DNA of 64,000 bases from a virus (taxonomy: Duplodnaviria > Caudoviricetes), in IMG/VR virus record IMGVR_UViG_2921473944_000002, positions 1 to 64,000 of that record. One strand, written 5' to 3'. Each line of letters starts with the position of its first letter. Position 1 is the stretch's first letter. The notes below the pieces were generated by a model, which had not been told where the DNA came from, did not search any database, and saw nothing but the letters and a program-made list of their open reading frames with translations. Below are positions 20,601-30,418 of this stretch, piece after piece. The position numbers and the translations under genes are program-made.

Positions 20601-23600
20601 TATTTGCAATAATTGTTTGCCTTAATGTTGGCAGGAACGTAGGATAACTTCCGAGCGTGTAATTTGCCTTACCTGTCGCATCTGGAACCGTAGTAGGAGA
20701 TGTACCTAAGTTAAAATTTGCAGTACCTGTTGCGTCATCAACTTTCTCAGGTTCAGTTCCTTTTTGATAATTAACAGGAACCTGTATACTTGATGGTTGT
20801 GTGTTAAGCTGATTAACAATGGCATTTACGTCACCTATGTTTTCAGCCTTAATGCCAACTGCAATCTGTACGGACTCTGGAAGACTGGCTAACTGTGTTG
20901 CAAGATTAGCTATCTGGTCTGTATTTGCAGCTCTTGCCTCAACGCTAAGCGGAGCAGAAGTGAGAGCTCTTAATTGTTCTACAATAGCGATAGCGGTATC
21001 CAAACTTCCATCTGTTTCGGCATTGATTTTGGCATAGTATGTCTGTTCGCATTTAGCAATAAGTTCGTCTAATGCTGCGGCAGCCTCCGGATTTGTTTCT
21101 GCATCAATATTGACTCGTTCATTTTTTAACTGATCAATATAAGACTGCAGATCTTCAATAGGAGCGGTATCAACATCAAAATCTAAATTGATTGAATCTG
21201 ATATCTTACCAGCTTCTTGTAAATCCTTTAGCGCCTCTACAGCTTTTTCTACCTCTCCGGAAAAATCAAGGTCTGTCATATCAACAGCCATGCCAGCATC
21301 AATCATGGCACGCTCAAACAACTCAACTGCTTCGGTTGACATTCCAAATGCATCAGCTACCTGTTTGAGCTTATCTCCATTGAAATCGAACTGGTATGTA
21401 CCATCCTCATTCATCTTGGCAAACGAGTCTCCCATTTTCCTGTTGACATCATCAAGAAAGTCGTAAAGACCATCGGTAACCAGATTGTTATCATCGTCAT
21501 ATTTCCAATAATCGAGTATGCTGTGGCTTGTACCTTCTATCGTTTTTCCAAGCTTCTCGAAGTCCGCTGCTGCGTCTCCGGTTCGTTGCTGAGCAGACAG
21601 CAGAAGGTCGAGATAGGCATTCAGAGACTCATCTCCGTACCATCCTTGGTCGAGAGTATTTTTCATACTTTCGTATGCATTGCCGAGGCTTTCGTAGGAG
21701 TCTCTTTCTTTGCTTCCATTCATCGCACTAATAAGCTTGTTATAGGCAGAGGTAGCTCCTTCTAATTCACTCTTGAGCAATTTCGCGCTTGCAAGCTGTG
21801 ACTCCAACTCAGAAGTGTCTTCGCCTTTGGCACGTTTCTCATATATCTGATCTCTTAATTTTGAAATCTGATCAGAGAACTCTTGTATTTTATTTGCATT
21901 TAACTGGTTATTTAATTTCTCCAGTTCATCGGCATTCAAATGAACACCATTAGCTGTTTCTTCAAATAACTTATATGGGTTGTAGCCATCTAAGTCTTTG
22001 TATGCAGTAGTAAGATTGTCTATATCATCTGCTGTTAATCCAGTAGCTGATTTTGAATTTGATAAGGCTGTCTGTACTTTCTCCTGCGTATCCTGCAAAT
22101 CGGATAGTGCGGACTTTAAGTTTTCAACGGCATTCGTTGTACTTTCAAGACCTTCCACCGGCTCTCCGGAAATAATACCAAGCTCGACAAGCATATTAGC
22201 CAGTTTTTGAATACTTGCTGAAGATGTATCACTGATAACACCTGCATCAAGAGCAGCTTGAACTAAAGCATTGATCTGTTCTTCGCCTTCTTGCACACCA
22301 TCTGTCTGGAATGCATAAACAAAGTCTTTATCATCTAACTTCAAGTCTTTTAATGCATCAGCAGCCTCTTTTACTTTCTTTGATGCATTTGATGTATCTA
22401 CACCATTAATCGCATCTTTGAAGTTTTGCGCGCTTACAGCAGCAGTATCAAGCTGGTCGCTGATTTCATTAAATGAATCAGCATAACCGCTCATATCTGA
22501 CTGAAGCAATGACTGAACAGATTCGTCAACGGCATCGAACTCAGCTTTCGCCTCAGCAATTTTTGATGTGTCACCACTTGCTAGAGCATCATTGTAATTT
22601 TCGACAGCTTTTGAATAATCATTTAGCCATTTTGCAGCAGTCTGTGATACGCCATTAGTGCCTTTATACTGGTTTTTATCTCCGGCAATTTCTGCAGCCT
22701 TAGCTTGCTCATAGACTTCTTGATATTTGTCAAGTATCTTATTTGCGTCCTTGAGACTACTTTCTGAATAACTGAAAATATCGTCCAACATATAGTTGCC
22801 ATCGAGCTCTTCAGATGCGTTGCGGACATCTGTCATAAAGTCGTTTAAAGCCGCTTCTGCTTGAGATGCATCTCCATCAAAATAGAGGAGCATTTCACCA
22901 CTAGCACCTTCTCGTGATGTAATTAAATCACCGTATTTTTCCTGAGAAGCTTTGATTGCCTTTTTTAGAGCTTCCGAGGCTTCGTCTCCAGTATCATAAT
23001 ACTGACCAAGGTAATAGGTTCTTTTCTTTTCCATTTCCTTGGTAGCTTTATCAATACCTTTCTGATTTTCATTCAGATATTTATTTGCATCAGACTGACT
23101 CAACTGCTCCATCAATCCGATTTGTTCACGAAGTGACCCGTTTACAAGATCTATCCCATCAGCCTGACTTCCATATGAATCAGTCAGAGATTGCTGAATC
23201 GACAAAAGTTCTGATTTTGCTTGATATGCCTCTTGTTCCGAAAGAGTTCCTGATGCAAGCTGTGCTCTCAACTCAACAACTCTGTCTTTATAATCACTCA
23301 GTGAATTATTTGTTTCTTTCCATGCATTACCAGCTTCCTGAGCAGCTTGAACCTGTTTCTGCATATAGTTATCATAGGCTTTCCATACTAAGAAAGCCGC
23401 ACCGACAGCTGCGATAATGCCAACAAGCGGAGCTAATGCGCCAAATAGAGCTGTTGCTCCAGCTCCAAGAGCAGCGAATACTCCAGATCCAGCTGCTGAC
23501 GCTGCTTGCATTGCACTAATTGCTACAGTAAGTTTCGGAAATGCTACTGACAACGCTTCGATAATACTTGTAAGCGTCTTTGCTCCTTCAATACCTTTTA

Positions 23601-23607
23601 TAGCAGA
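17668..23607 (-). CDS. tape measure protein, exon 2
   Basis: Long Ala-rich helical ORF with no good RBS; frame stays open up to 23613; joins exon 1 in frame at the predicted splice site. Confidence 0.85.
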   Translation of the reverse strand, partial: SAIKGIEGAKTLTSIIEALSVAFPKLTVAISAMQAASAAGSGVFAALGAGATALFGALAPLVGIIAAVGAAFLVWKAYDNYMQKQVQAAQEAGNAWKETNNSLSDYKDRVVELRAQLASGTLSEQEAYQAKSELLSIQQSLTDSYGSQADGIDLVNGSLREQIGLMEQLSQSDANKYLNENQKGIDKATKEMEKKRTYYLGQYYDTGDEASEALKKAIKASQEKYGDLITSREGASGEMLLYFDGDASQAEAALNDFMTDVRNASEELDGNYMLDDIFSYSESSLKDANKILDKYQEVYEQAKAAEIAGDKNQYKGTNGVSQTAAKWLNDYSKAVENYNDALASGDTSKIAEAKAEFDAVDESVQSLLQSDMSGYADSFNEISDQLDTAAVSAQNFKDAINGVDTSNASKKVKEAADALKDLKLDDKDFVYAFQTDGVQEGEEQINALVQAALDAGVISDTSSASIQKLANMLVELGIISGEPVEGLESTTNAVENLKSALSDLQDTQEKVQTALSNSKSATGLTADDIDNLTTAYKDLDGYNPYKLFEETANGVHLNADELEKLNNQLNANKIQEFSDQISKLRDQIYEKRAKGEDTSELESQLASAKLLKSELEGATSAYNKLISAMNGSKERDSYESLGNAYESMKNTLDQGWYGDESLNAYLDLLLSAQQRTGDAAADFEKLGKTIEGTSHSILDYWKYDDDNNLVTDGLYDFLDDVNRKMGDSFAKMNEDGTYQFDFNGDKLKQVADAFGMSTEAVELFERAMIDAGMAVDMTDLDFSGEVEKAVEALKDLQEAGKISDSINLDFDVDTAPIEDLQSYIDQLKNERVNIDAETNPEAAAALDELIAKCEQTYYAKINAETDGSLDTAIAIVEQLRALTSAPLSVEARAANTDQIANLATQLASLPESVQIAVGIKAENIGDVNAIVNQLNTQPSSIQVPVNYQKGTEPEKVDDATGTANFNLGTSPTTVPDATGKANYTLGSYPTFLPTLRQTIIANKVGFADGTAHADGTVMSMWNHYRDSIGAYAAGNNWSLMKDESALVNELGTESIVRNGRWFPIPGGAQIAQLKKGDIIFSAEQTKELIKSGRITSGGGHGRVALADGTAFNTLNLSAYESGSGGGRRPSSGSSSSIHKTSSSSKKKSSGSSKTSGSRKTSGTKSSSKSSSSNNDAEKEFEEEFDLIAIAVDRASEAIDRLKVIADSAFKTLTTRNSALVSEISAVANKINVENRAYESYMAKANSLGLDETWARKIHEGSFEISTVTDEDLADKIKDYQDFYEKAIEAKDAVADLHKEIANLYKDRFDNLSNDFENQLSLLEHLTNTYDNGIDDLEERGYLASTKFYEAMQNVEKQNIDIQKKELDSLVKSMSEAVNSGEIKEGSEAWYDMQNDINSVKEAIQESETALVKFQNSIRETKWDRFDYLQEQISNITDEANFMIDLMENSNLYTDNGKFTDTGMATLGLRGQNYNVYMAQADKYAEELKKLNAEIANDPNNTKLLEHRQDLLEAQRDAILAAEDEKQAIKDLVADGIEKELDALQDLIDKYTDAIDTAKNLHDYQKDIEKQSSEIAKLQKQLLAYSGDNSEETKATIQKIQVDLADAMDDLEETQYEHYISEQKKLLDNLYDEYEAILNERLDNIDALMADMIATINSNSANISTTLQTQSEKVGYDLSAAMRSIWSNEGGGYSIITKYGESFLTQLTSVNDVITKIAYKIGAMVKESDKKADSTINSATPSTKTDPSAKPPAPSAPASTPANNAPKFTEDVKRGVAAAIWIYGSKSGWGNDPDRKGRLTSKFGAANAAAVQSYINAHANNGDLYRYWVSTGKSKLSQYYYSAFKKGGLADYTGVAWLDGSPTEPEMVLNPEDTKNFIALKDAMRSIADGSNPISALFGDDGTTNVLSQIAKMSTPVSGKDTTNIGDITYQVTIPIDHVQDYNDFMNQMRKDGKFEKMIRSMTVDQLSGGSKLSKNKYQW

Positions 23608-24603
23608 CTCTTTTCAAAGGTAATATCATGTGGTATGATAAATAAAAAAGAAGGAGAGTAGTAACATGGCACTTATTAAATGTCCGGAATGCGGTGCTCA
23701 AATATCTGACAAGTCATCATGTTGTATACATTGTGGATATCCACTACAAGATGTTGATAAAATACCAGATTTATATTGCGTGAAACGAATTGAGGATAAG
23801 TGGGTACTTGGCAAAGCAAGAACTTTATTAGCTCAAATATATGTCACAAATACGCATTCATCTGAAAATAGTGATTATTCAATTATAGCGTCAGGAATTA
23901 CAAAGGATAGAGCAGAAATGCTATTAGATTTTATCACTAAAAACAGAGGAGAAGCAGAAGTGATTATCGATGAAGCAAGTCAATCTATCAATCAAAAGAT
24001 GATGGATTTTATCGATATCAACTTCAATAAAAATGCACCTGTCATGTGTCCAAGGTGTAAATCAACTCAAATTACAACAGGGCAAAAAGGATTCAGTTTA
24101 TTAACTGGATTTATTGGAAGCCATAAAACAGTAAACCGATGCGCAAAATGCGGTTATACTTGGCAACCATAATTATCTTCTTATCAACGCCGATATAAGG
24201 CGTACCACAATTAAAGTGAGAGATAAGTTCTCACTACACGAGGACTATACATTAAAAGTCACTACACTAGGCAGTAGTGGCTCAAAGGGTGGGTAGTCTC
24301 TGAGGATGAAGCTGTGAGTCTTCGTCCGGCTGATGTTATCCTATCCGCAGATAATATCTGCAAGGCACTTAGGCTTACTATCACCATATGCCATCCAATC
24401 ATTTGTTTCTGCCTTTCGCAACATTCACGCATATCATTTCCGATTACGTTGTAGTATGATTGGTTTAACCAGTTTCCCAGCAATTACCCCTTTGTGTGAT
24501 TTATTTTCAAACGCTCACCCATAGTCTTGGCTCATATCTCCATAATGATACGTCCTTAACCATGCCGACCTCTACTATAAAAGTAACCCATGATTTTGGG
24601 TCA
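23608..24603 (-). mobile_element. group I intron (996 nt) in the tape measure gene
   Basis: P AATTGCTGGGAAA (24485-24473), R TCAGAGACTAC (24303-24293), S AATGTATAGTCC (24253-24242), P3 and P7 pairings; IGS 24583-24566 pairs with both exon ends; terminal G at 23608. Confidence 0.88.
23666..24172 (+). CDS. zinc-ribbon protein (intron cargo, antisense to the host gene)
   Basis: CPECG...CIHCG and CPRC...CAKCG motifs; AAGGAG RBS; extended -10 TGGTATGAT at 23631-23639. Confidence 0.85.
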   Translation: MALIKCPECGAQISDKSSCCIHCGYPLQDVDKIPDLYCVKRIEDKWVLGKARTLLAQIYVTNTHSSENSDYSIIASGITKDRAEMLLDFITKNRGEAEVIIDEASQSINQKMMDFIDINFNKNAPVMCPRCKSTQITTGQKGFSLLTGFIGSHKTVNRCAKCGYTWQP

Positions 24604-26730
24604 AGCCACGTTCTTTACTATTTTGACAATACCTAATCCAGCAAGAATTGTTCCAAGAGAACCTACTGAATTAACCACTGCATCAATAGCCTCTACGATA
24701 CCTTTGAGAGCATCAACAGCACCTTTTGTTACATTGGAACTGATAAAGTCAGATGACAGCTCCTGAAAAGCTGCTTTCAATTCTCCGACTTTTGCTTTCG
24801 TTGTATCCATGTACAGATTATTCGCTTCTGTTGCAGCTCCGGCTGAATCCATAGCACTTGAGTAAGCACCTATTGCATCCTTGATATTTGTGATAGTAGA
24901 CATGATACCAGAAGTATTACGTGTACCACCAAGAATTTCTGCAACACGGGACTGAGATACATCTTCCATGTTATCCCAAACCTCAGCTAACTGTACAAAA
25001 ATGTCATACATGTCTTTATATGTGTTTTCATCTTTCATGATGTCAACACCGGATAAAGCAATGATTTCTTCTCTATATTTAGACAAACCTTGAGCTAATC
25101 CGTCTGTCTCTTCGCCCATCTCTTCGAGTTCTGTTGTAGCTCCACGAATACGAGCACTAACTGTCTTCCACATTGTACCTGTGGTTTCAGCGTTCTGCAG
25201 GGATGCATTGGTAGCAGCGAACAGAGCAGCACTTTTCTCAAAATCGGTTCCAGATGCATGGAGAGCAGCACCACCTCGCTGGAATGCAGCCATAAGCTCC
25301 TCAGCTGAAATAGCGTATTCCTGACCTACTTTTATAAGTACATCTGATACATGTTCTGCATCACTTGCGTCCATTTCATATCCCTTGATAATAGAAGTAA
25401 TACCAGTTGTAGCTGTATCTACATCTGTATTACCTACATTAGCCATGATATTCGCGTATTTAGCTAAGCCAGCAGATTCATTCATTCCATATCCAAGTCT
25501 GGCAAACGTTTCAATCGAAGATGCTACATCCGTAACACTTTGACCAAGCTCTTTTGCTAGGGCGATAGAACGTGTAAGGAATGATTCCATCTGTGAATCA
25601 GACGCTCCAGTAACAATCTGGATCTGATTCATAGCGCTTTCAACTTCAACGGCTGCAGATACCATTTGCTTGGCAGTTCTAACAGCGTACATAATTGCTT
25701 GCGATACAGTAAGCCATGAAGAAAATTTTGCAGCAAGACCGGATATTCTATCACCAAATGATTGCGTATTTTCTCCGGCTGCTCTAATTGCGGTCGAGGA
25801 ATCAGTCACAGCGGCTTTAATAGAAGCAAACCGTTCTTTGAATTGTTCTGCAGAAACGGAGCCATTCATTAATCCTGTTTTTAATGATTCTAATGCAGTA
25901 ATCTGATCTTTAAGTGATGCGTAGCTTGCACTTGTATTGCCATTTCTTGCAGCAGTCCATTTCTGTGTATTTGCAGTTACCTGTCCAAGTAGCGTATTCA
26001 CTTTCGTCAGTGCCTGAGTGTGTTTTTCAGTTCCAGCAGCAAATGCGGCTTCGTTTGCAGCGGCTTGCTTTTCTGCCTCTGCCATTTTTTTAGCAGCATC
26101 AGCGGCTTGCTTTTCTACTGCAACTCGTTGCTGAGTTTTGCTGATTAAATTTTGCATATCAGCCTGCAATTTATAGACATTGTTTATATCTTCTTGCGTA
26201 GCTGATGACTTCAATGATTTTAGACGGGTCACAGCTTCTTGAAGTTCGATATATTTTGACTTCATTGCATTTAAGTCAGATGCGTTTTGTCCAGTAGCTG
26301 TCGATCCACCAAGTGTTTTTTGCAAGTTCTTATATGCGGACGTGATATTCGCATTAGTTGCCTGAATTTCTTTTAAAGACCCACTTATTGCAGTTGCTTG
26401 TGCTTTAGCAGCGTCGGCGGCTTGTCTACTGGCGTTGGCATTACTTGTTTTAGCCTGAGTATTAGCTTTTATGGCTGCCGTATCCTTTAACCATATACCT
26501 GAATTTGTTTGTGTGTATCCATTTAATTTGGTTAAACTACCTGCGCTTGCAGCAGCTTTTGTCATTGATTCAATTTGCTTTCTCATAGAAGACAAGGATG
26601 AATCATCAAATTTAAGTTTTATTTTCGGTGGATTAGCATTGACTTGAGCAACAAGGCTGGTGATTCCAGCTTGAAATTCAGCATAGCTCAACGAAGTATC
26701 CACGCCGACTGTCAGTAAAATGTCAGCCAT
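24601..26730 (-). CDS. tape measure protein, exon 1 (TP901-type core)
   Basis: Ala-rich helical protein with IETFARLG, GTMWKTVSARIRG and AEILGGTRN core; the TGA is the first three nt of the intron. Confidence 0.88.
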   Translation of the reverse strand: MADILLTVGVDTSLSYAEFQAGITSLVAQVNANPPKIKLKFDDSSLSSMRKQIESMTKAAASAGSLTKLNGYTQTNSGIWLKDTAAIKANTQAKTSNANASRQAADAAKAQATAISGSLKEIQATNANITSAYKNLQKTLGGSTATGQNASDLNAMKSKYIELQEAVTRLKSLKSSATQEDINNVYKLQADMQNLISKTQQRVAVEKQAADAAKKMAEAEKQAAANEAAFAAGTEKHTQALTKVNTLLGQVTANTQKWTAARNGNTSASYASLKDQITALESLKTGLMNGSVSAEQFKERFASIKAAVTDSSTAIRAAGENTQSFGDRISGLAAKFSSWLTVSQAIMYAVRTAKQMVSAAVEVESAMNQIQIVTGASDSQMESFLTRSIALAKELGQSVTDVASSIETFARLGYGMNESAGLAKYANIMANVGNTDVDTATTGITSIIKGYEMDASDAEHVSDVLIKVGQEYAISAEELMAAFQRGGAALHASGTDFEKSAALFAATNASLQNAETTGTMWKTVSARIRGATTELEEMGEETDGLAQGLSKYREEIIALSGVDIMKDENTYKDMYDIFVQLAEVWDNMEDVSQSRVAEILGGTRNTSGIMSTITNIKDAIGAYSSAMDSAGAATEANNLYMDTTKAKVGELKAAFQELSSDFISSNVTKGAVDALKGIVEAIDAVVNSVGSLGTILAGLGIVKIVKNVA

Positions 26731-26812
26731 TTATTTATCTCACCGCCTTTTTAATATAAAGAAAAGGACTGGTTTATACACCAATCCTTTCACTAAATGT
26801 TTACTATGTGTT

Positions 26813-27361
26813 TTAAGAAAAAGCATCTCCGATAGAAATATCGATAACATTGTATTCAGATGCATAATTACCCATAAAACTGCTTACGGCATCATCTACG
26901 AAATGAGCGCCGGGTATGACAGTTCTACTCCAAGTTTCCTGACCGTGCCATATACCATGAACACGGTTCATCTCATGATCCACACCGTTATTTAACAATG
27001 CAGCCAAATTATTGATACCTCCATACTTTCCGGGTACAAGTGATGGTCTACTTAAATCTCCAGTAAAGAATACTTCGATTGTGTATACATTTGCGCCAAC
27101 TCGAACAGCAGAAGAGTGACTGAGTTCTGAAATAGCAACAGCTGCATCGGAGCTAACCCCCGAACTGCCGATTGAATTTCTAAGAACTTCAATAAATTTT
27201 TCAGCCGCTTCTTCTGGAGTATGTGTTTTCCCACCAGATTTTAAAGTGATGCGTCCAAGCATAACTTTTTCAACAGTGGTATTTACCTTTGCCTGTCCAA
27301 CACTACTTCCCATATGAGCCTGAGCTTTTGCAAGTATGGAACCCATATTTATAGAAGACAT
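26813..27361 (-). CDS. tail/neck protein
   Basis: Position in the tail operon. Confidence 0.45.
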   Translation of the reverse strand: MSSINMGSILAKAQAHMGSSVGQAKVNTTVEKVMLGRITLKSGGKTHTPEEAAEKFIEVLRNSIGSSGVSSDAAVAISELSHSSAVRVGANVYTIEVFFTGDLSRPSLVPGKYGGINNLAALLNNGVDHEMNRVHGIWHGQETWSRTVIPGAHFVDDAVSSFMGNYASEYNVIDISIGDAFS

Positions 27362-27363
27362 GA

Positions 27364-27975
27364 TTATTTTTCTCCATTAGGCATCTTTACAATGTTTGCC
27401 TTTTTATTTTGAGATGCAAAAGCCTGCACAATCTTACCCTCATCAATATTTCCATTCGAGATAGCATTGACTAACTTCTTTATATCGTCCTGCTCCACAC
27501 CAGTGAACAGCGCGGCAATATTGTTCTGTAAATTCTCGAATTCATCATTGATACGATTCATTTGTGCATAAACCATTTGTACATTTGCCTGAGCTAAATT
27601 TGCTATTTTCTGTTCAATAGCATTGATGATCTCGCCAAACTGTCTTCCTTCGATGCGATTCAATACGGCATCCACAATATCAGAATTATAAATAACTGCA
27701 TACCTTGTAGGTAAATCTGTAGGTAAATCGAAATTAGCATACATTTCCAGTAAACAGCTTTTGATTGCGAAGTCTTTCACTTCTGGTAGATACTCTCCAT
27801 CGTCACTAAAGCATGTCTTTACGACATAATCAACGAACTCAAGCATAGTTTCCATTGGAAGAGTTCTATTTACCACAATACTTATACCGTTCCATTCAAA
27901 CTCTGTAGTCTGTTCTGTAATTTTATTTACAGCTTCAACTAGTGTAGATGCATCAATTCTATTTACTTTTTCCAT
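27364..27975 (-). CDS. hypothetical protein (possible tail assembly chaperone)
   Basis: ORF between the major tail and tape measure genes. Confidence 0.45.
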   Translation of the reverse strand: MEKVNRIDASTLVEAVNKITEQTTEFEWNGISIVVNRTLPMETMLEFVDYVVKTCFSDDGEYLPEVKDFAIKSCLLEMYANFDLPTDLPTRYAVIYNSDIVDAVLNRIEGRQFGEIINAIEQKIANLAQANVQMVYAQMNRINDEFENLQNNIAALFTGVEQDDIKKLVNAISNGNIDEGKIVQAFASQNKKANIVKMPNGEK

Positions 27976-28447
27976 TATTTTCTTCCTCCATTTTCTCTTT
28001 TTCGGATTCGCGTTTCATCTTTCTACGGATGGCACGTTGTTTCTTAACGTATTCGTAAGAGCACCATCCTCCATCAATTCCTGAATAGGTAATCCATCTA
28101 TAATCTACGTTCGGATATTTATACCAAAATAATTTTCTTTTAATATTAGCAACTGAATCCGGACATCCCTTTGTGTCAATAACTACTTCAGTTCCGTCCT
28201 TATACACAATGAAAAAATCTGCAACGTAGGTAATCGGATGAACGTTTTTGTCGTCATGTTTGAACTTTGGTTGTAACTCATATGGTTTCTGAAGCTCAAA
28301 TCTTACCACATCGCCACTCTCCACTAGGGGGCAAAGTACATCACGATAATATTTCATTTCAAGTATGGAATCGAATACGATACCATCATAAGTACGCTTT
28401 GAAGTGTCTTTATCGACATTGAATTTTGTTCTTGCGATAATAATCAC
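27959..28447 (-). CDS. DUF1064-family PD-(D/E)xK nuclease
   Basis: DGIVFDSILE...LQPKF...YVADF...VIDTKG motif. Confidence 0.8.
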   Translation of the reverse strand: MIIIARTKFNVDKDTSKRTYDGIVFDSILEMKYYRDVLCPLVESGDVVRFELQKPYELQPKFKHDDKNVHPITYVADFFIVYKDGTEVVIDTKGCPDSVANIKRKLFWYKYPNVDYRWITYSGIDGGWCSYEYVKKQRAIRRKMKRESEKEKMEEENNGKSK

Positions 28448-28504
28448 CTCATGAAAATAAGGCTACACCTTACAAAAAAGATGTAGCCATGTTGTATATA
28501 ATTG

Positions 28505-28798
28505 TTACTCAGTATCTTCCTCATCAAAATCGTCCTCAAACCAAGTATCTTCCCCGTCACATTCGTCGAGGTCACTATAATCCAAAGACGATTCTATGTC
28601 TTTATCATGAAGATCTACTTGATTTGCATCACCTGAACGAGCTGCTTCTACCTCTGCGAGGTAGATACTGCCATGTTCAGGGCAACACGCAACATCTTGA
28701 TAGCGGAAGATACCTTCAACGCGTCGAAGTGTGTGGCAGTATTCATATTCCTTACCGCACACCTTGCAAATCCTTGTAGTTGTAGGCATTATTCCCAC
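28505..28798 (-). CDS. small Cys-rich protein with acidic tail
   Basis: CKVCGKEYEYC...CCPEHG. Confidence 0.6.
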   Translation of the reverse strand: MGIMPTTTRICKVCGKEYEYCHTLRRVEGIFRYQDVACCPEHGSIYLAEVEAARSGDANQVDLHDKDIESSLDYSDLDECDGEDTWFEDDFDEEDTE

Positions 28799-28878
28799 CT
28801 TCCTTGTTCTGTCACGAGACTCTTTGTAGCTTCGTCTACAATAGTTTTACTGTCATTCGTGAACAATGCCTGTGCTCT

Positions 28879-29673
28879 TCACTCAGCATCAGCTGTATTA
28901 GCACCAAACACGGTATATGTCCACAGAGAGCCACCTGCTCCGCAAGCTCCTGCCAGAGACTCAGCTTCAAAAGCATGAGCAGTCTGGTTTTCGCCCATCT
29001 CAAGTGAAAATTCACCAGAGAAATCAGCCTTTGGAATGAAGAACTGAATTCTATAGATGTTTCCACATTTATCCTCGCCCATTGCATCAACGTACAATGT
29101 ACATTTTTCAGAGTATACATCACTCTCATTATCGAGCACGTCAGCTTTGATACGTCTCTTATAGTAAACAACAACCTCAGTTCCATCTGTTACGTCAGAA
29201 CTGAAAGTAAGTGCTTTCTTTGCAGGGTCATATGAGAATTTTTTAGCTGTAGGTGTAGATGCCACCTGTGTCAACTCTTCTCCAAGAGTACCGTCGGCAT
29301 TACGAACATATAATGCTTCGATTTCTGCACCTGTAGTGCCTACAGCTTTGTAAAGAGTAGAAGCCTTTGCGCCTGCTACAGTCCGATAATCTGTCCACAT
29401 AACTTCTGTGTCTTTTGTCTCAAATTTTCCACCTGTCTGAACCTCAAGCAGACCGCCAGATACAAGACCATTTGTACCACTAATTGTTACTGCTTTGTTA
29501 CGTTTCAGATTGGAAAGCTTACGTCCGCCTTTACCAGTGATTTCAGTAGATTCCTGTGTATTTGCGATTGTTGCATTCTGCAACTCGTCGAGTGTGAATC
29601 TATAATTACCAGTAACGACATTAAAAGCTGTAATTGTTTCCAGACTTGTAATAGTAATGTCTTTGATATTCAT
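28879..29673 (-). CDS. major tail protein
   Basis: Size, Thr-rich composition, position; EITGKGGRKL motif. Confidence 0.7.
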   Translation of the reverse strand: MNIKDITITSLETITAFNVVTGNYRFTLDELQNATIANTQESTEITGKGGRKLSNLKRNKAVTISGTNGLVSGGLLEVQTGGKFETKDTEVMWTDYRTVAGAKASTLYKAVGTTGAEIEALYVRNADGTLGEELTQVASTPTAKKFSYDPAKKALTFSSDVTDGTEVVVYYKRRIKADVLDNESDVYSEKCTLYVDAMGEDKCGNIYRIQFFIPKADFSGEFSLEMGENQTAHAFEAESLAGACGAGGSLWTYTVFGANTADAE

Positions 29674-29695
29674 AATATTCCTCCTATTGATATAT

Positions 29696-30418
29696 TTAGT
29701 GAACGAGCCAGTTCAAATCTTTTTGGCTCAATTCCTTCGGATTTATTGTTCCGGCATAAATGCCGTACATTCGATTGTCATAATCGGTTTTCTTAATAAT
29801 CTGCCGAACACTTTCATTGAATTGATAAATAGAAAGTTCTCTTGTCCCCTCAAAATCATATTTAAACTGTTCGGTATTAACCATTGCGATTATAAGAGAC
29901 TCCAGCTGTGAATCCTCTTTTCTGTCTTTTCGACGTTTGAGTTTTTCACGAGCGCGTCTCAACATATATTCTTTAGCTTCGTCATTTGCAGGTCTTCTGT
30001 AATTCTTTTCGAGGTGGTGTAACTTTCTTAATACAGAAGCCATCTGACTATGGATGGCTCTATCAATCGTTATATCGTGCTTTTCATCACGAATGATGAA
30101 TTTACCATTTTGCGGACTTATTCCGATTTCAAAATTGGAAAGATTCATGTCTCCAAACACAAGGGATAGTACATGCTCGTCCATCTGTTTGATATTTTCA
30201 AAAAGTAGCACGAATAATTGCCATGCATTGATTGTTGTAAAATCGATACCTAAATCATCAAGTTGTACCATAAAATCGATAGGCATAGCAGTGATAGCCG
30301 AAACAAGATTATAATAAGAATCCTCATTATCTAATACTTGTCCGACTGTTGGTATCGAAATATGAATTGAATCATTGACTGTATAAGAATTACAATAAAG
30401 AAGATGTTGTACTGACAC
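29696..30418 (-). CDS. virion morphogenesis protein
   Basis: Translationally coupled ORF in the head-tail block. Confidence 0.5.
   Translation of the reverse strand: MSVQHLLYCNSYTVNDSIHISIPTVGQVLDNEDSYYNLVSAITAMPIDFMVQLDDLGIDFTTINAWQLFVLLFENIKQMDEHVLSLVFGDMNLSNFEIGISPQNGKFIIRDEKHDITIDRAIHSQMASVLRKLHHLEKNYRRPANDEAKEYMLRRAREKLKRRKDRKEDSQLESLIIAMVNTEQFKYDFEGTRELSIYQFNESVRQIIKKTDYDNRMYGIYAGTINPKELSQKDLNWLVH

Noticed and set aside
23554-24600. Tape-measure pseudogene, frameshift or IS insertion
   Set aside because: The group I core and an IGS-defined in-frame junction explain the break; no transposase is present.
28836-29186. Alternative-frame and antisense ORFs inside structural genes (this one and many others in the track)
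   Set aside because: They overlap longer, well-supported genes and lack an RBS or recognisable motifs.
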